Assembly (NCBI GenBank): GCA_039714095.1
Contig: JBDLJZ010000003.1
Location: forward strand, 1 to 44,166
Origin: Nanobdellota archaeon
Lineage (GTDB): Archaea; Nanobdellota; Nanobdellia; Pacearchaeales; GW2011-AR1
DNA: 44,166 bases
Direction: 5' to 3'
Within the stretch, counting starts at the first letter, position 1; every line of letters starts with the position of its first letter. The position numbers and the translations under genes are program-made. The notes beneath the pieces were generated by a model. The model did not search any database and was not told where the DNA came from. It worked only from the letters and a program-made list of their open reading frames with translations. Shown in pieces: positions 29,112 to 41,625 of this stretch.

Positions 29112-30558
29112 AATCCAGTTGATCCTGCTGGCGGCTGCGGCTTTCTGGTTTGCAGTTAGACATGCAAGTTTTTTTGTTGATTCTTCGGAATTAGTAAAAG
29201 GCGAACTGCTCAGTAACACGTAGCTAACCTACCCTTAAGTCAAGGATAACCTCGGGAAACTGAGGGTAATACTTGATAGGAGATTTACCCTGGAATGATG
29301 AATCTCTCAAATTAGAGCTTAAGGATGGGGCTGCGGCGGATTAGGTTGTTGGCGGGGTAATAGCCCACCAAGCCAAAGATCCGTAAGGGCTCTTAGCGGA
29401 GAGGCCCTGAGAGGGAATCTGAGATACTATTCCCAGCCCCACGGGGTGCAGCAGTTAGGAATAATCTACAATGCGCGTAAGCGTGATAGTTTGAGCCAGA
29501 GTGCTTTTCAATTAGAAAAGCTTTTGTGAAATGTAAAAAGTTTCACGAATAAGGACTGGGTAAGACGAGTGCCAGCCGCCGCGGTAATACTCGCGGTCCG
29601 AGTCGCAGCCATTTTTATTGGGTCTAAAACATCCGTAGCTTGTTTAGTAAGTCTCTTGTGAAATTTTATATCTCAAATATAAAGCGTGCAAGAGATACTA
29701 CTAAGCTAGAGACTGGGAGACGTAAGAAGTATGTTTAAAGTAGCGGTTAAATGTGTTAATCTTAAACAGACTAACAAGAGCGAAGGCATCTTACGAGAAC
29801 AGTTCTGACAGTCAGGGATGAAGGCTAGGGGCGCAAATGGGATTAGATACCCCAGTAGTCCTAGCAGTAAACACTGCACACTAAACATCGGGACCTCTTC
29901 GTGAGGTTTCGGTGCTGAAGGGAAGCCGGAGAGTGTGCTACCTGGGAAGTATAGTCGCAAGGCCGAAACTTAAAGGAATTGGCGGGGAGACACTACAACG
30001 GGTGACGCGTGCGGTTCAATTTAACTACACACAGAAAATCTCACCAGGAGCGACAGCAGAATGAAGGTCAGTCTAAAGGGCTTACCTGACACGCTGAGAG
30101 GAGCTGCATGGCCGACGTCAGCCTGTGCCGTGAGGTGACCTGTTAAATCAGGTAACAGGCAAGACCCTAATGTATATTTATATTCTATATACAGATTGCC
30201 TTGGTAACGAGGATGAAAGTTAGGGCCACGTTAGGTCTGTATAGCCCGAATCCCCTGGGCAACACGCGCGCGTCAATGGTGAATACAACGAGATGCAACT
30301 CCGAAAGGAGAAGCCAATCTCTTAAAGTTCATCCCAGTTTAGATTGAGGTTTGTAACTCAGCCTCATGACAATGGAATCCGTAGTAATCGTTTGTCATCA
30401 ACGAACGGTGAATATGTCACTGTCTCTTGCACACACTGCCCGTCAAACCAACCGAGTTTATTTATGATGAAACTTTTAGAAGGAGAATCTTGGGTAGACA
30501 AGGTAGGTTAAGTCGTCACAAGGTATCTGTAGGGGAACCTGCAGATGGATCACCTCCT
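29112..30558 (+). rRNA. rrs: 16S rRNA (archaeal, divergent)
   Basis: AATCCAGTTGATCCTGC start, GTGCCAGCCGCCGCGGTAA, ATTAGATACCC, and 3' end GATCACCTCCT. Confidence 0.97.
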
Positions 30559-30649
30559 ATATTATATTATTATAATCTTGAATTACAGTTATGCTGCTTT
30601 ACTGCTACAGAAAAAATTTAAAAACCGACGAGGGTTAGAAATAATCATT

Positions 30650-30720
30650 GGGCCCATAGTCTAATGGTAGAATACTTCCCTTGCACGGAAGAGACCCGTG
30701 TTCGATTCACGGTGGGTCCA
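30650..30720 (+). tRNA. tRNA-Ala(TGC)
   Basis: Acceptor stem GGGCCCA/TGGGTCC with G3-U70, anticodon arm CTTCC-CTTGCAC-GGAAG, T-loop TTCGATT; lies in the 16S-23S spacer. Confidence 0.95.
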
Positions 30721-30784
30721 TATAATTTTTTCTGTAAAACTTAGTTAATAACATTCAAACAAAATAAAATGGAAACAATAGAAG

Positions 30785-31111
30785 ATGACCTCAGTTACAG
30801 ACAAATTAAACTTAGTGGAACAAGTAGTTTCAGAAGAAGATGTTCCGAGCATCATACGCACACATTATAAGAGAGTTAAAAAAGAAACAAATGGAAATTT
30901 TGTTTCAGCAATGTATGCTATAACTGATGGGAAAATAAAATGGGTATCTGTTCAAAGGAATGGATGTCCAATAACAATTACTGTAAAAAGTAATTATCTA
31001 AAGGAATTTGATAGTATTATTGGGAATGCAAATTATGTTGAAAGAAAATTTGTAGAAAATATTTCAAATGGAGATTTTGAAAAATATAAACTATTTAAAT
31101 TCACAAAATAA
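30785..31111 (+). CDS. hypothetical protein inside the 16S-23S spacer
   Basis: 108-aa ORF in AT-rich DNA with ordinary protein composition. Confidence 0.55.
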   Translation: MTSVTDKLNLVEQVVSEEDVPSIIRTHYKRVKKETNGNFVSAMYAITDGKIKWVSVQRNGCPITITVKSNYLKEFDSIIGNANYVERKFVENISNGDFEKYKLFKFTK

Positions 31112-31332
31112 TCACAAATCATATTCACTCATAATCTTAAGGTTGTGAACGTGAAACCGACGAGAAATTGTCTTGGTTCCAAAAGAAATTTCGGAATCAA
31201 TTTGAGAAATACAAAACACACTAGGTGTTTCGTAACTTCGCGATTTTCGGCAGAGGCAATTAAAAAAATCGCCTCACCGCAAAGGAAGGGAAGTTTAAAA
31301 GAAACCGCTTAGGTGTCTTTTATATTCAATGA

Positions 31333-31353
31333 AATAAGCAGGAGAAGAAATTT
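31333..31353 (+). other. 5' arm of the 23S processing stem (pairs with ~34229-34249)
   Basis: AGCAGGAGAAGAAAT is the exact reverse complement of ATTTCTTCTCCTGCT. Confidence 0.8.
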
Positions 31354-31401
31354 CCACACACAAAACTAAATTTTATAATTTAGATGGCGTATGTAAAAAA
31401 G

Positions 31402-34226
<2,825 letters not shown>

Positions 34227-34279
34227 CCGAGATTTCTTCTCCTGCTTGTTTGTTGTTATTTTTATTTTTAGAAGAGAAA

Positions 34280-34603
34280 TTATTTAAAAAATTGAATTGT
34301 TAAAAAAATTGCTATTCCCATAGATATTATTGATAAAATATATGAACCAATACCCATTACACTTAATTTATATTTTTCACAAGTATAATGACGATGTTTG
34401 AAAATACCCATTTCTTGAGTTATCGACATCCATGTTCCAAAGAAAAAAGTTAATGAAGATAAAGCATATAGAGAGATTATTTGATTATTTAGAATTCTTA
34501 TGGGCACAGTCAAAGAAGTTAGAAAAATAATAAAACTTAAAACTGTTCCAGCCTGATAAAATCTATCAAGTCTAATTTTATCAAGTAATTCTTTTGTAAC
34601 CAT
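34280..34603 (-). CDS. hypothetical membrane protein
   Basis: 107-aa ORF with 3 hydrophobic segments. Confidence 0.65.
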   Translation of the reverse strand: MVTKELLDKIRLDRFYQAGTVLSFIIFLTSLTVPIRILNNQIISLYALSSLTFFFGTWMSITQEMGIFKHRHYTCEKYKLSVMGIGSYILSIISMGIAIFLTIQFFK

Positions 34604-34605
34604 TT

Positions 34606-34791
34606 TTATTTTCCTCCGCCTAAAAACATAACAATAATCATTAAAGAAAATAATCCTCCTAATAAAATTCCAAAGCTAAATCCAAAAGCTCCAATAAACC
34701 CTTTCATGATCTCAGAAAAAATTCCTGCTCCTGCTAAAACAAGAATAATAAATCCTCCAACAAATAAACTAATTATTTCTTTTTCTTTCAT
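34606..34791 (-). CDS. small 2-TM protein
   Basis: 61 aa, Gly-rich and hydrophobic; tightly spaced to the next gene. Confidence 0.6.
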   Translation of the reverse strand: MKEKEIISLFVGGFIILVLAGAGIFSEIMKGFIGAFGFSFGILLGGLFSLMIIVMFLGGGK

Positions 34792-34847
34792 ATATTTCTA
34801 ACAACTCTTTTTTATTTAAATTTAATTATACTTAAATCTAAATCTCC

Positions 34848-35438
34848 TCAACCCAAAATCCCTCTAAACCAATTAAAAATTTTTTCAACTATATTTTCTT
34901 CAACTTTTTCCTCTTCTTTTGTTTCTGCAGGAGTTGCTGGCGCACTTAATTTTTCTATCTTTTCATTAAATTGCTTTTCTAATTCTTCTTTTTGTTTTTT
35001 CATTTCTTCTTCAATTCTTTTCTCAACTTCTCCACTTTGATTTATGCAAATTCCGTTCAAACAAAAATTTGTCAAGCATTCAAAATTATTATTACATTCA
35101 TTTCCTATTTCTGATTGATTAATAAAAAAATCTTTACGAGTGAAATGCGGTCTTCCATTTGGATAATAAACAACTCCTTCCGCCACACAATATTTTTTAT
35201 TTATAATATAACCATAAGGATAACATTTTTTATCAAGAAAACAACCAGAATTTTTACAATCTGTTTCTTTTTGAAATTCTTTATTTGGTTGAATTAAAAC
35301 ACTTTCTCCAGTTGGTGCGCCACTTCCCACAGTTACTTTGCTTTCTAAATAATTCCCAATAGAATTTGCTGGAATATCCGCTTGAATAAAAGACAAACTA
35401 ATCATCAAAATTGCTACGCAAACAATTGTTAATTTCAT
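34848..35438 (-). CDS. secreted Cys-rich hypothetical protein
   Basis: Signal peptide, CNNNFECLTNFCLNGIC, amphipathic C-terminus KIFNWFRGILG. Confidence 0.75.
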   Translation of the reverse strand: MKLTIVCVAILMISLSFIQADIPANSIGNYLESKVTVGSGAPTGESVLIQPNKEFQKETDCKNSGCFLDKKCYPYGYIINKKYCVAEGVVYYPNGRPHFTRKDFFINQSEIGNECNNNFECLTNFCLNGICINQSGEVEKRIEEEMKKQKEELEKQFNEKIEKLSAPATPAETKEEEKVEENIVEKIFNWFRGILG

Positions 35439-35526
35439 GATTTTATTATAAATCTGGAACTTATAAAACTTCCTTCAACAAAAAACCATTTAAACCCCTA
35501 TTCCTAATAATAATAATAATCAAGTC

Positions 35527-35550
35527 CATGGGATCTTCACGGACCCCATG
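35527..35550 (+). promoter_or_regulatory. leader hairpin upstream of the NYN remnant
   Basis: CATGGGATC-TTCACG-GACCCCATG, preceded by AATAATAATCAAGTC (compare 4451-4466). Confidence 0.55.
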
Positions 35551-35564
35551 CTTTTTATTTTAAT

Positions 35565-35615
35565 ATGAAAAAGATTTCTATTTATATTGATGGAAGTAAT
35601 ATGTATTTTTCTTAA
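35565..35615 (+). pseudogene. 5' remnant of an NYN gene
   Basis: MKKISIYIDGSNMYFS* corresponds to the first NYN catalytic motif. Confidence 0.7.
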
Positions 35616-35672
35616 AAATAATAAACCATCAAATTTATAAATTAGGCATTATTAATATCTTCAACATGATCC

Positions 35673-35696
35673 CCAGTGATCCTTCGGGGTCGCTGG
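35673..35696 (+). promoter_or_regulatory. C(UUCG)G hairpin in an NYN leader
   Basis: CCAGTGATCC-TTCG-GGGTCGCTGG, a 10-bp stem with two G-U pairs. Confidence 0.7.
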
Positions 35697-35724
35697 ATGA
35701 TTTTATTTTATCTTGGAGATTTAT

Positions 35725-36305
35725 ATGGAAAAAGTAGTTGTGATGATTGATGCAGGATTTTTGTCTAAGGTTAGTTATAAGCTTGGTGAAGGTCATTATT
35801 TTAAGTATGATTTATTAAAATTTTCTAAGAGTTAGCAGGTAAACAAGAATTTATCTTTAAACATTTATTTTTTTATAATGCTCCCCCTTTTCAAAGTTCA
35901 AGACCCTCTAATGAAGAAAAAAAGAGAAAAGAAGAGTATGATTCTTTTGTTCAAAAATTAAATCAGAATAAAGAGGTTACAATAAGAGAAGGAAGATGTC
36001 AAAGATTAAAAATTGATGGAAAATATATCTATAAACAAAAGGGGGTGGACACTCTTTTAACAATGGATTTAATGGATATGCCTCTTGAAAATTCAAAAAT
36101 TAAAACAGTTATTTTAATTGCTTCTGATTCAGATTTTGTTCCAATAATTAAAAGATTAAAAAAATTAGGAATAAATGTAATTCTTCATACATATTTTGAA
36201 AGAGATAGGAAATCTAAATTTTCTACTTCAAATAAACTATTAAATATTGTAACGAGGTATGTTAAATTAAATAAACATGATTTTCAGAAATGCAAATTAT
36301 TTTAA
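35725..36305 (+). pseudogene. NYN domain nuclease with a frameshift near 35830
   Basis: MEKVVVMIDAGF... stops early; the alternative frame continues LAGKQEF...YNAPPFQ...QKGVD...ASDSDF. Confidence 0.85.
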
Positions 36306-36366
36306 AAAATATATTCCTAAATCTTTTCAAAAAACTATTTAAACTAATTTTTCTTATTTACTTACA

Positions 36367-39300
36367 ATGAAAAAAACTGGTGTACTAATTTTATTCTTTG
36401 TTTTTCTATTTCCAACTATTTTTGCTGTCTCTGTTAATTCTGAAATTCAAAAAATAACACACTTTGCCGAAGAATATGAAATTGGAAATTTAAATTATGT
36501 CCAGTTATTAGTTAAGATAAGTTCTGTTCGGCAAAACTTAAATGAACTTTTAGGAGGCATTGATTTTGAAGGAGGAATACTTAAACAAGAACAACTTAAA
36601 TCATTTTTAGGTACTCCCCAAGATGAAACAAAATGGGTTTGGGCCGAAGGACAAAACCACGAAATGAAACTTGATTACTATGTTCCTGTGTGGAATAAAA
36701 TAATCTTTGACGGAAATAAAATACAAATCAGACTTGACGCATATCCTTCTATATTAAAATATAAATTCAAAGATGATGTTGATTTAGGTTTCAGCGAAAA
36801 TGAAATTGTTTACAGATTACATTTTCAAATTGAATTCAAAAAACCAAAAGACGAACTTGATATCAAGTCTAAAATAAATGAAGTTAAATTACTTGCAGAA
36901 ACTTTTAATTCTAATCCTTCAAATTCAAATGCAGAAGCTCTTGCTAAGGAGAGTGTAAATGTAGAAAAAATTTTTAATTTATATTTTAGACAAAACCAAG
37001 GAAAATGCGAAGACATAATGAAATCAATATTTGGTGCAGAAAACTTAAGAGAAATCGCAAGTACAGAAGTTTATGAAATTGAATTTTATGAGGCAGAAAA
37101 TTTTGAAGCAATTTTAAGATTAGAAATGTGTGGGGATTGTGAATGGAGTAGAATTAATGCAGATTTTAGATTAGATGGAAGAGGAAGATTCAGGATTCCC
37201 GAAGGTAAAAGAGATTTTGATGATAGAGATTCTAGAGAAAAATACAAAAGTATGAGCGACGAAGATTTCAAAATAAAAATTAAATCTATACTTAATGAAA
37301 TAACAAATTCTTTAGATAGAGAAGATTACAGTGAAGCGATGTCATTATCTAATCAACTAAGAACACTGAATAATGCTTGGAATGAAAAATCAAATAATGT
37401 TTGGGAAGAAATTAGGAATCAATTTGAAAACACTATGGAATTTATGACAGAACAGCAACGAGAAGAATTCAATAAAAATTATGGATGGATTAAACAAGAA
37501 CAAGAACAAAGAAAAAAAGCAAAAGATTTGCAAACACATAATTTTGAATTAAGAAAAAGATTTTATTTAGATTTATTTTCTGATTATAATAAAAGAGAAT
37601 TCTATTTTAAACAATCACAATACGAGCAAAGATTAATTGAAGAGTTCAAAGAAAAAGGTGAAGAAATTTGCAATAATAATAAAGACGATAATGAAAACGA
37701 ACAAATAGATTGTGCCGACTCTCAATGTGGAGGAAAGTTTTGCGGTTCTGTAAAAGGAGTGGTTATTGTTAATAATGAATCAGTTGAACAAGATATAGAT
37801 TTATATTGTATTACAAGTGTTTGTCAACAAAAAGACGAAGATTTTGAAGAAGAAGAAATTATTTGTGGAAATAATATTTGTGAAGAGGGAGAAGATTTGA
37901 GTTGTGCAGAAGATTGTGTACTCTGCATTGAACACTCCGCTATTGAATGTGAGGGGAATGTAATTTTTAGCGGAACAGATGAACAGGGCTGTCCTTTAGA
38001 ACCTATTTGTATAGAAGAAACAGAAACCTGTGAAGTTGATGATGATTGTCAAGATCTTTTATGTGGCGATGTATCATGCGTAGAAGGTTTATGCCAAGTT
38101 ACAGAATTAGAAGAATGTGAAGAAGCAGAGTGTGAAGAAGGACAAGAAAAAATCAAACAATGTGACTCAGGTAAAGAAATAATTTCAGAAATTTGTTTAG
38201 AAAATTTATGGAAAAAAACAGAAATTTTTTGTGAAGAAGAACCTATTGGTGAATCTGTAGAATGTGTCAAATGTGGAAATAGTTGTGTTACTCAAGAAGC
38301 AATAACCACAATGAGTTGTTTAGAATCAACAGAAGATTTTGAATGTATTGATGATGGGAGCCAATGTGTCATCTACCAAATAGAAGAAGAAATTGTAGGT
38401 GTTGAATGTATTGTAAAGGAAGATTGTGGAGGAGAAAATGATGTTTGCAGTAATGGAAAATGTGTAACAATTCCTCAAGTTGTAGAGGTTGTAACAGGAG
38501 ATGAAGAAGAACCAATAGAGATTATTGAACTAGAAGTAGATGAAATAATTGAAGAGGAAAGCTCTCAAGAATCTAATTCTGAACCAACTCCTGAACCAGA
38601 AGAATCTGAATCTGCTCCTCAAACACCAGAAATAACTGGCGAGACTATATTCAAATTACCTGCTTATTTAATAATGAAATTAACAGGAGCAATAACTGGG
38701 AAAGCATCAGATGGTGAAGAAACTGTGGCCTCTGATGAGTCAGCACCAGAATTTGAACAAGAATCAACCCCAGAATCTGTGACAGAAGAAATAATTGGTT
38801 CTCCAGATGAACCTCAAGAATCTCAAGAAATAATTGAGCAAAAATCAGATTATGAAGATGAAGAAAAAGAAGATGATAAAAGAAGGCAGGAAGAAGAAGA
38901 TTCTGAAAGAAGAGATAGAGAGGAAAGAGAAAGAAATGAAGAACAAAAAGAAAGATGCGACGAAGAATGTGAGAAAATTTGTTATGATAAAAATGTGAGG
39001 TCTTGTGTTCAGAAATGTATCAGAGAATCTTGTGGAGAAAGTTTAGATTGTAATATTGATGAAGAGCAGAAAAATTGTGAAGGCCAGTGTAAATCTGATA
39101 ACGAATGTGAAGAAGATTGTGTTCCAAAATGTATAAAAGGAGGAGATTGGTGGAAAGAATTTGAAATGAATCCTGAAGATTTTGATGAACATAAAGAAGA
39201 AAAAGGTGTATTTACTGTTGGAGGAGGATGCAGAACTTCCCAAAGTAAAACTGATGGATTTATCTGGTTTGGTGGATGGGGAGAACCTTTTGAAGATTTA

Positions 39301-40401
39301 CAATCTTTGAAAAATAAATATTATCAAGGTGGAGAATCTGATTGGTGTAAATCTGATTTTGAAAATTTAAAAAAGCAAAGAGCAGAATTTGAAAAAGGAT
39401 TTAATCAAGAATTTGTAGTTTGGTTCTTTGAAAAATATTTACCTAACTCTGCAGAAAACTGGGAAGGAGCAATGTCTGGAATTTTTGAGCTTTACTGGAA
39501 TGATATAGACAACTCACGACAAATGGCAGAAAGAATGCAATGCTTAGGATTAGAACAACTCCCATCTTATAATTTAATTAATGTTAAATATGAAACAGAA
39601 TATGGAAGTTTAGAATTCTGGGAAGAGGTTAAAACAGTTAAACTTCCAGGAATGGAAGAAGAAGTTGAAGTTATTTCTCCTTATATGAAAGTTTGGGTTT
39701 TTCCTTCTAAAGAATTTATTTTTTATGAAATGAAACAATCAATGAAAAATCATGAATTCCCAGGTTCAAAAGAAGATAAATTAGAAAGAGAAAATCAAGA
39801 AGGACTAACAGAAGAAGAAAAAGAAATGTTAAAACAAGATAAAAATTTTATGGAGAAGATAAAAAAAGTTACTGATAAATATAATGGAAATGTAAACGCA
39901 GTAATTCAATTTAAAGATTATGAAAAAGATGAAGTTGTGTTCAATCTTTATGCACAAATAAATGAGGAAGATATTTTGACAATGGAACCAATGCTCCCAG
40001 AGGAAGTTCCAGAATATGATGTGAAAATTGAAATGGATTTTGAACCAATTTATGAAATGATTCTTGCTTCAGAAAAAGACATGAGAGGAACACGAATTGA
40101 ATCCCCTCCTTGGGATAGAAAAGCACAACCTATACAAAGAGTAAAAGAAGTAACTAATGGTGTGAAGATGTATTTCAAGATGAGGAGTTTGATGAATTCA
40201 GCAAAAGTTACACCAGAGTCAGCAGAGAGTGATGCTAAAGATTTGTTTAGAGAATTCTTTGGAAAGATAAGCAAAGGAAAAGAAGACGACAGAGATAGAG
40301 AAGAAGATGAATTTGGAGATGATAAACAAAAAGAATTAGAAGGTGATATTTTTGGACAATCAAAAGAGGACTTGACAGGAGAAGTTATTTTTGGCTATTA
40401 A
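36367..40401 (+). CDS. giant acidic Cys-rich secreted protein
   Basis: 1344 aa, signal peptide, Cys modules (CNNNKDDNENEQIDCADSQC, CGNNICE), E/S/P-rich linker. Confidence 0.85.
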   Translation: MKKTGVLILFFVFLFPTIFAVSVNSEIQKITHFAEEYEIGNLNYVQLLVKISSVRQNLNELLGGIDFEGGILKQEQLKSFLGTPQDETKWVWAEGQNHEMKLDYYVPVWNKIIFDGNKIQIRLDAYPSILKYKFKDDVDLGFSENEIVYRLHFQIEFKKPKDELDIKSKINEVKLLAETFNSNPSNSNAEALAKESVNVEKIFNLYFRQNQGKCEDIMKSIFGAENLREIASTEVYEIEFYEAENFEAILRLEMCGDCEWSRINADFRLDGRGRFRIPEGKRDFDDRDSREKYKSMSDEDFKIKIKSILNEITNSLDREDYSEAMSLSNQLRTLNNAWNEKSNNVWEEIRNQFENTMEFMTEQQREEFNKNYGWIKQEQEQRKKAKDLQTHNFELRKRFYLDLFSDYNKREFYFKQSQYEQRLIEEFKEKGEEICNNNKDDNENEQIDCADSQCGGKFCGSVKGVVIVNNESVEQDIDLYCITSVCQQKDEDFEEEEIICGNNICEEGEDLSCAEDCVLCIEHSAIECEGNVIFSGTDEQGCPLEPICIEETETCEVDDDCQDLLCGDVSCVEGLCQVTELEECEEAECEEGQEKIKQCDSGKEIISEICLENLWKKTEIFCEEEPIGESVECVKCGNSCVTQEAITTMSCLESTEDFECIDDGSQCVIYQIEEEIVGVECIVKEDCGGENDVCSNGKCVTIPQVVEVVTGDEEEPIEIIELEVDEIIEEESSQESNSEPTPEPEESESAPQTPEITGETIFKLPAYLIMKLTGAITGKASDGEETVASDESAPEFEQESTPESVTEEIIGSPDEPQESQEIIEQKSDYEDEEKEDDKRRQEEEDSERRDREERERNEEQKERCDEECEKICYDKNVRSCVQKCIRESCGESLDCNIDEEQKNCEGQCKSDNECEEDCVPKCIKGGDWWKEFEMNPEDFDEHKEEKGVFTVGGGCRTSQSKTDGFIWFGGWGEPFEDLQSLKNKYYQGGESDWCKSDFENLKKQRAEFEKGFNQEFVVWFFEKYLPNSAENWEGAMSGIFELYWNDIDNSRQMAERMQCLGLEQLPSYNLINVKYETEYGSLEFWEEVKTVKLPGMEEEVEVISPYMKVWVFPSKEFIFYEMKQSMKNHEFPGSKEDKLERENQEGLTEEEKEMLKQDKNFMEKIKKVTDKYNGNVNAVIQFKDYEKDEVVFNLYAQINEEDILTMEPMLPEEVPEYDVKIEMDFEPIYEMILASEKDMRGTRIESPPWDRKAQPIQRVKEVTNGVKMYFKMRSLMNSAKVTPESAESDAKDLFREFFGKISKGKEDDRDREEDEFGDDKQKELEGDIFGQSKEDLTGEVIFGY

Positions 40402-40404
40402 TTT

Positions 40405-41550
40405 TTATTCCTCACCAAATTCCTTCATAGCTTCCTTAATATTCTTCACAACTTTTTTATTAAAAACATCTGGTATAATATGTTTTTTATCTAATTTTTT
40501 AACACTGTGCGCAATTGCTTTTGCCACAGCAATTTTAATTTTATCGTCGATGTTTTTTATTTTGTAATCTAACATTCCTCTAAAAATTCCAGGAAAAACT
40601 AAAACATTATTTATTTGATTGTAATAATCACTTCTACCAGTAGCAATAATTTGCGCACCGTTTTCTTTTGCAACAGAAGGTCTAATTTCTGGGTTTGGGT
40701 TTGCTAAAGCAAATATAATTGCATTACTGTTCATTGATTTTACATCTTCCCCTTTCAAAACATTTTCTTTTGAAACACCTACGAAAACATCTGTGTTTTT
40801 TATAGCGTCTTTTAATTCTCCTTCCATATTTTCTAAATTGGTAATTTTTGAAAGTTCTTTTTTTACTTTATTCAATTTTCTTTCTGAATGGATAATTCCT
40901 TGACTATCACAAACAATAATATTTTTTGCACCATAAGCTAATAATAATTTTGTAATTGCAATCCCAGCAGCGCCTGCTCCAGAAATAACAATTTTTATTT
41001 CACCAATTTTTTTATCTACAATTTTCAAAGAATTAATCAAACCCGCAAGAACTACAATCGCAGTTCCATGTTGATCGTCGTGAAAAACAGGAATATTTAA
41101 TTCTTTTTTTAATCTTTTTTCAACTTCAAAACATCGCGGAGCAGAAATATCTTCTAAATTAATTCCTCCAAAAGTTGGTTCTAATAATTTAATCGTTTTC
41201 ACAATTTCATCAACATATTTTGTATCTAAACAAATTGGAATTGCATCAACATTTGCAAATTCCTTAAATAAAATTGCTTTACCTTCCATAACAGGCATTG
41301 CTGCTTCAGCCCCAATATCTCCCATTCCTAAAACTGCAGTTCCGTCGGTAACAATTGCAATCAAATTTCTACGTGCAGTATATTTATAAGAATTTTTTTT
41401 ATCGTCGACAATTTCCAAACACGCCTGCGCAACACCAGGACTATACGCCAAAGCCAAATGTTTTTTATTTTTAATTTTAATCTTACTTTTAATTTCAAGT
41501 TTTCCTTTTTTCTTTTTATGCAATCTCAGTGCTTTTTCTTTGAAGTTCAT
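40405..41550 (-). CDS. NAD(P)-dependent malic enzyme
   Basis: AYSPGVA, PVMEGK, NLEDI, FHDDQHGT and GAGAAG motifs. Confidence 0.95.
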   Translation of the reverse strand: MNFKEKALRLHKKKKGKLEIKSKIKIKNKKHLALAYSPGVAQACLEIVDDKKNSYKYTARRNLIAIVTDGTAVLGMGDIGAEAAMPVMEGKAILFKEFANVDAIPICLDTKYVDEIVKTIKLLEPTFGGINLEDISAPRCFEVEKRLKKELNIPVFHDDQHGTAIVVLAGLINSLKIVDKKIGEIKIVISGAGAAGIAITKLLLAYGAKNIIVCDSQGIIHSERKLNKVKKELSKITNLENMEGELKDAIKNTDVFVGVSKENVLKGEDVKSMNSNAIIFALANPNPEIRPSVAKENGAQIIATGRSDYYNQINNVLVFPGIFRGMLDYKIKNIDDKIKIAVAKAIAHSVKKLDKKHIIPDVFNKKVVKNIKEAMKEFGEE

Positions 41551-41625
41551 TTAAAAAAGAGGAAAAGAAGGGTTAAAAATTAACCGCCCAAAAACCTTTT
41601 TAACCTATTACTCTCTCTTTCTTTT

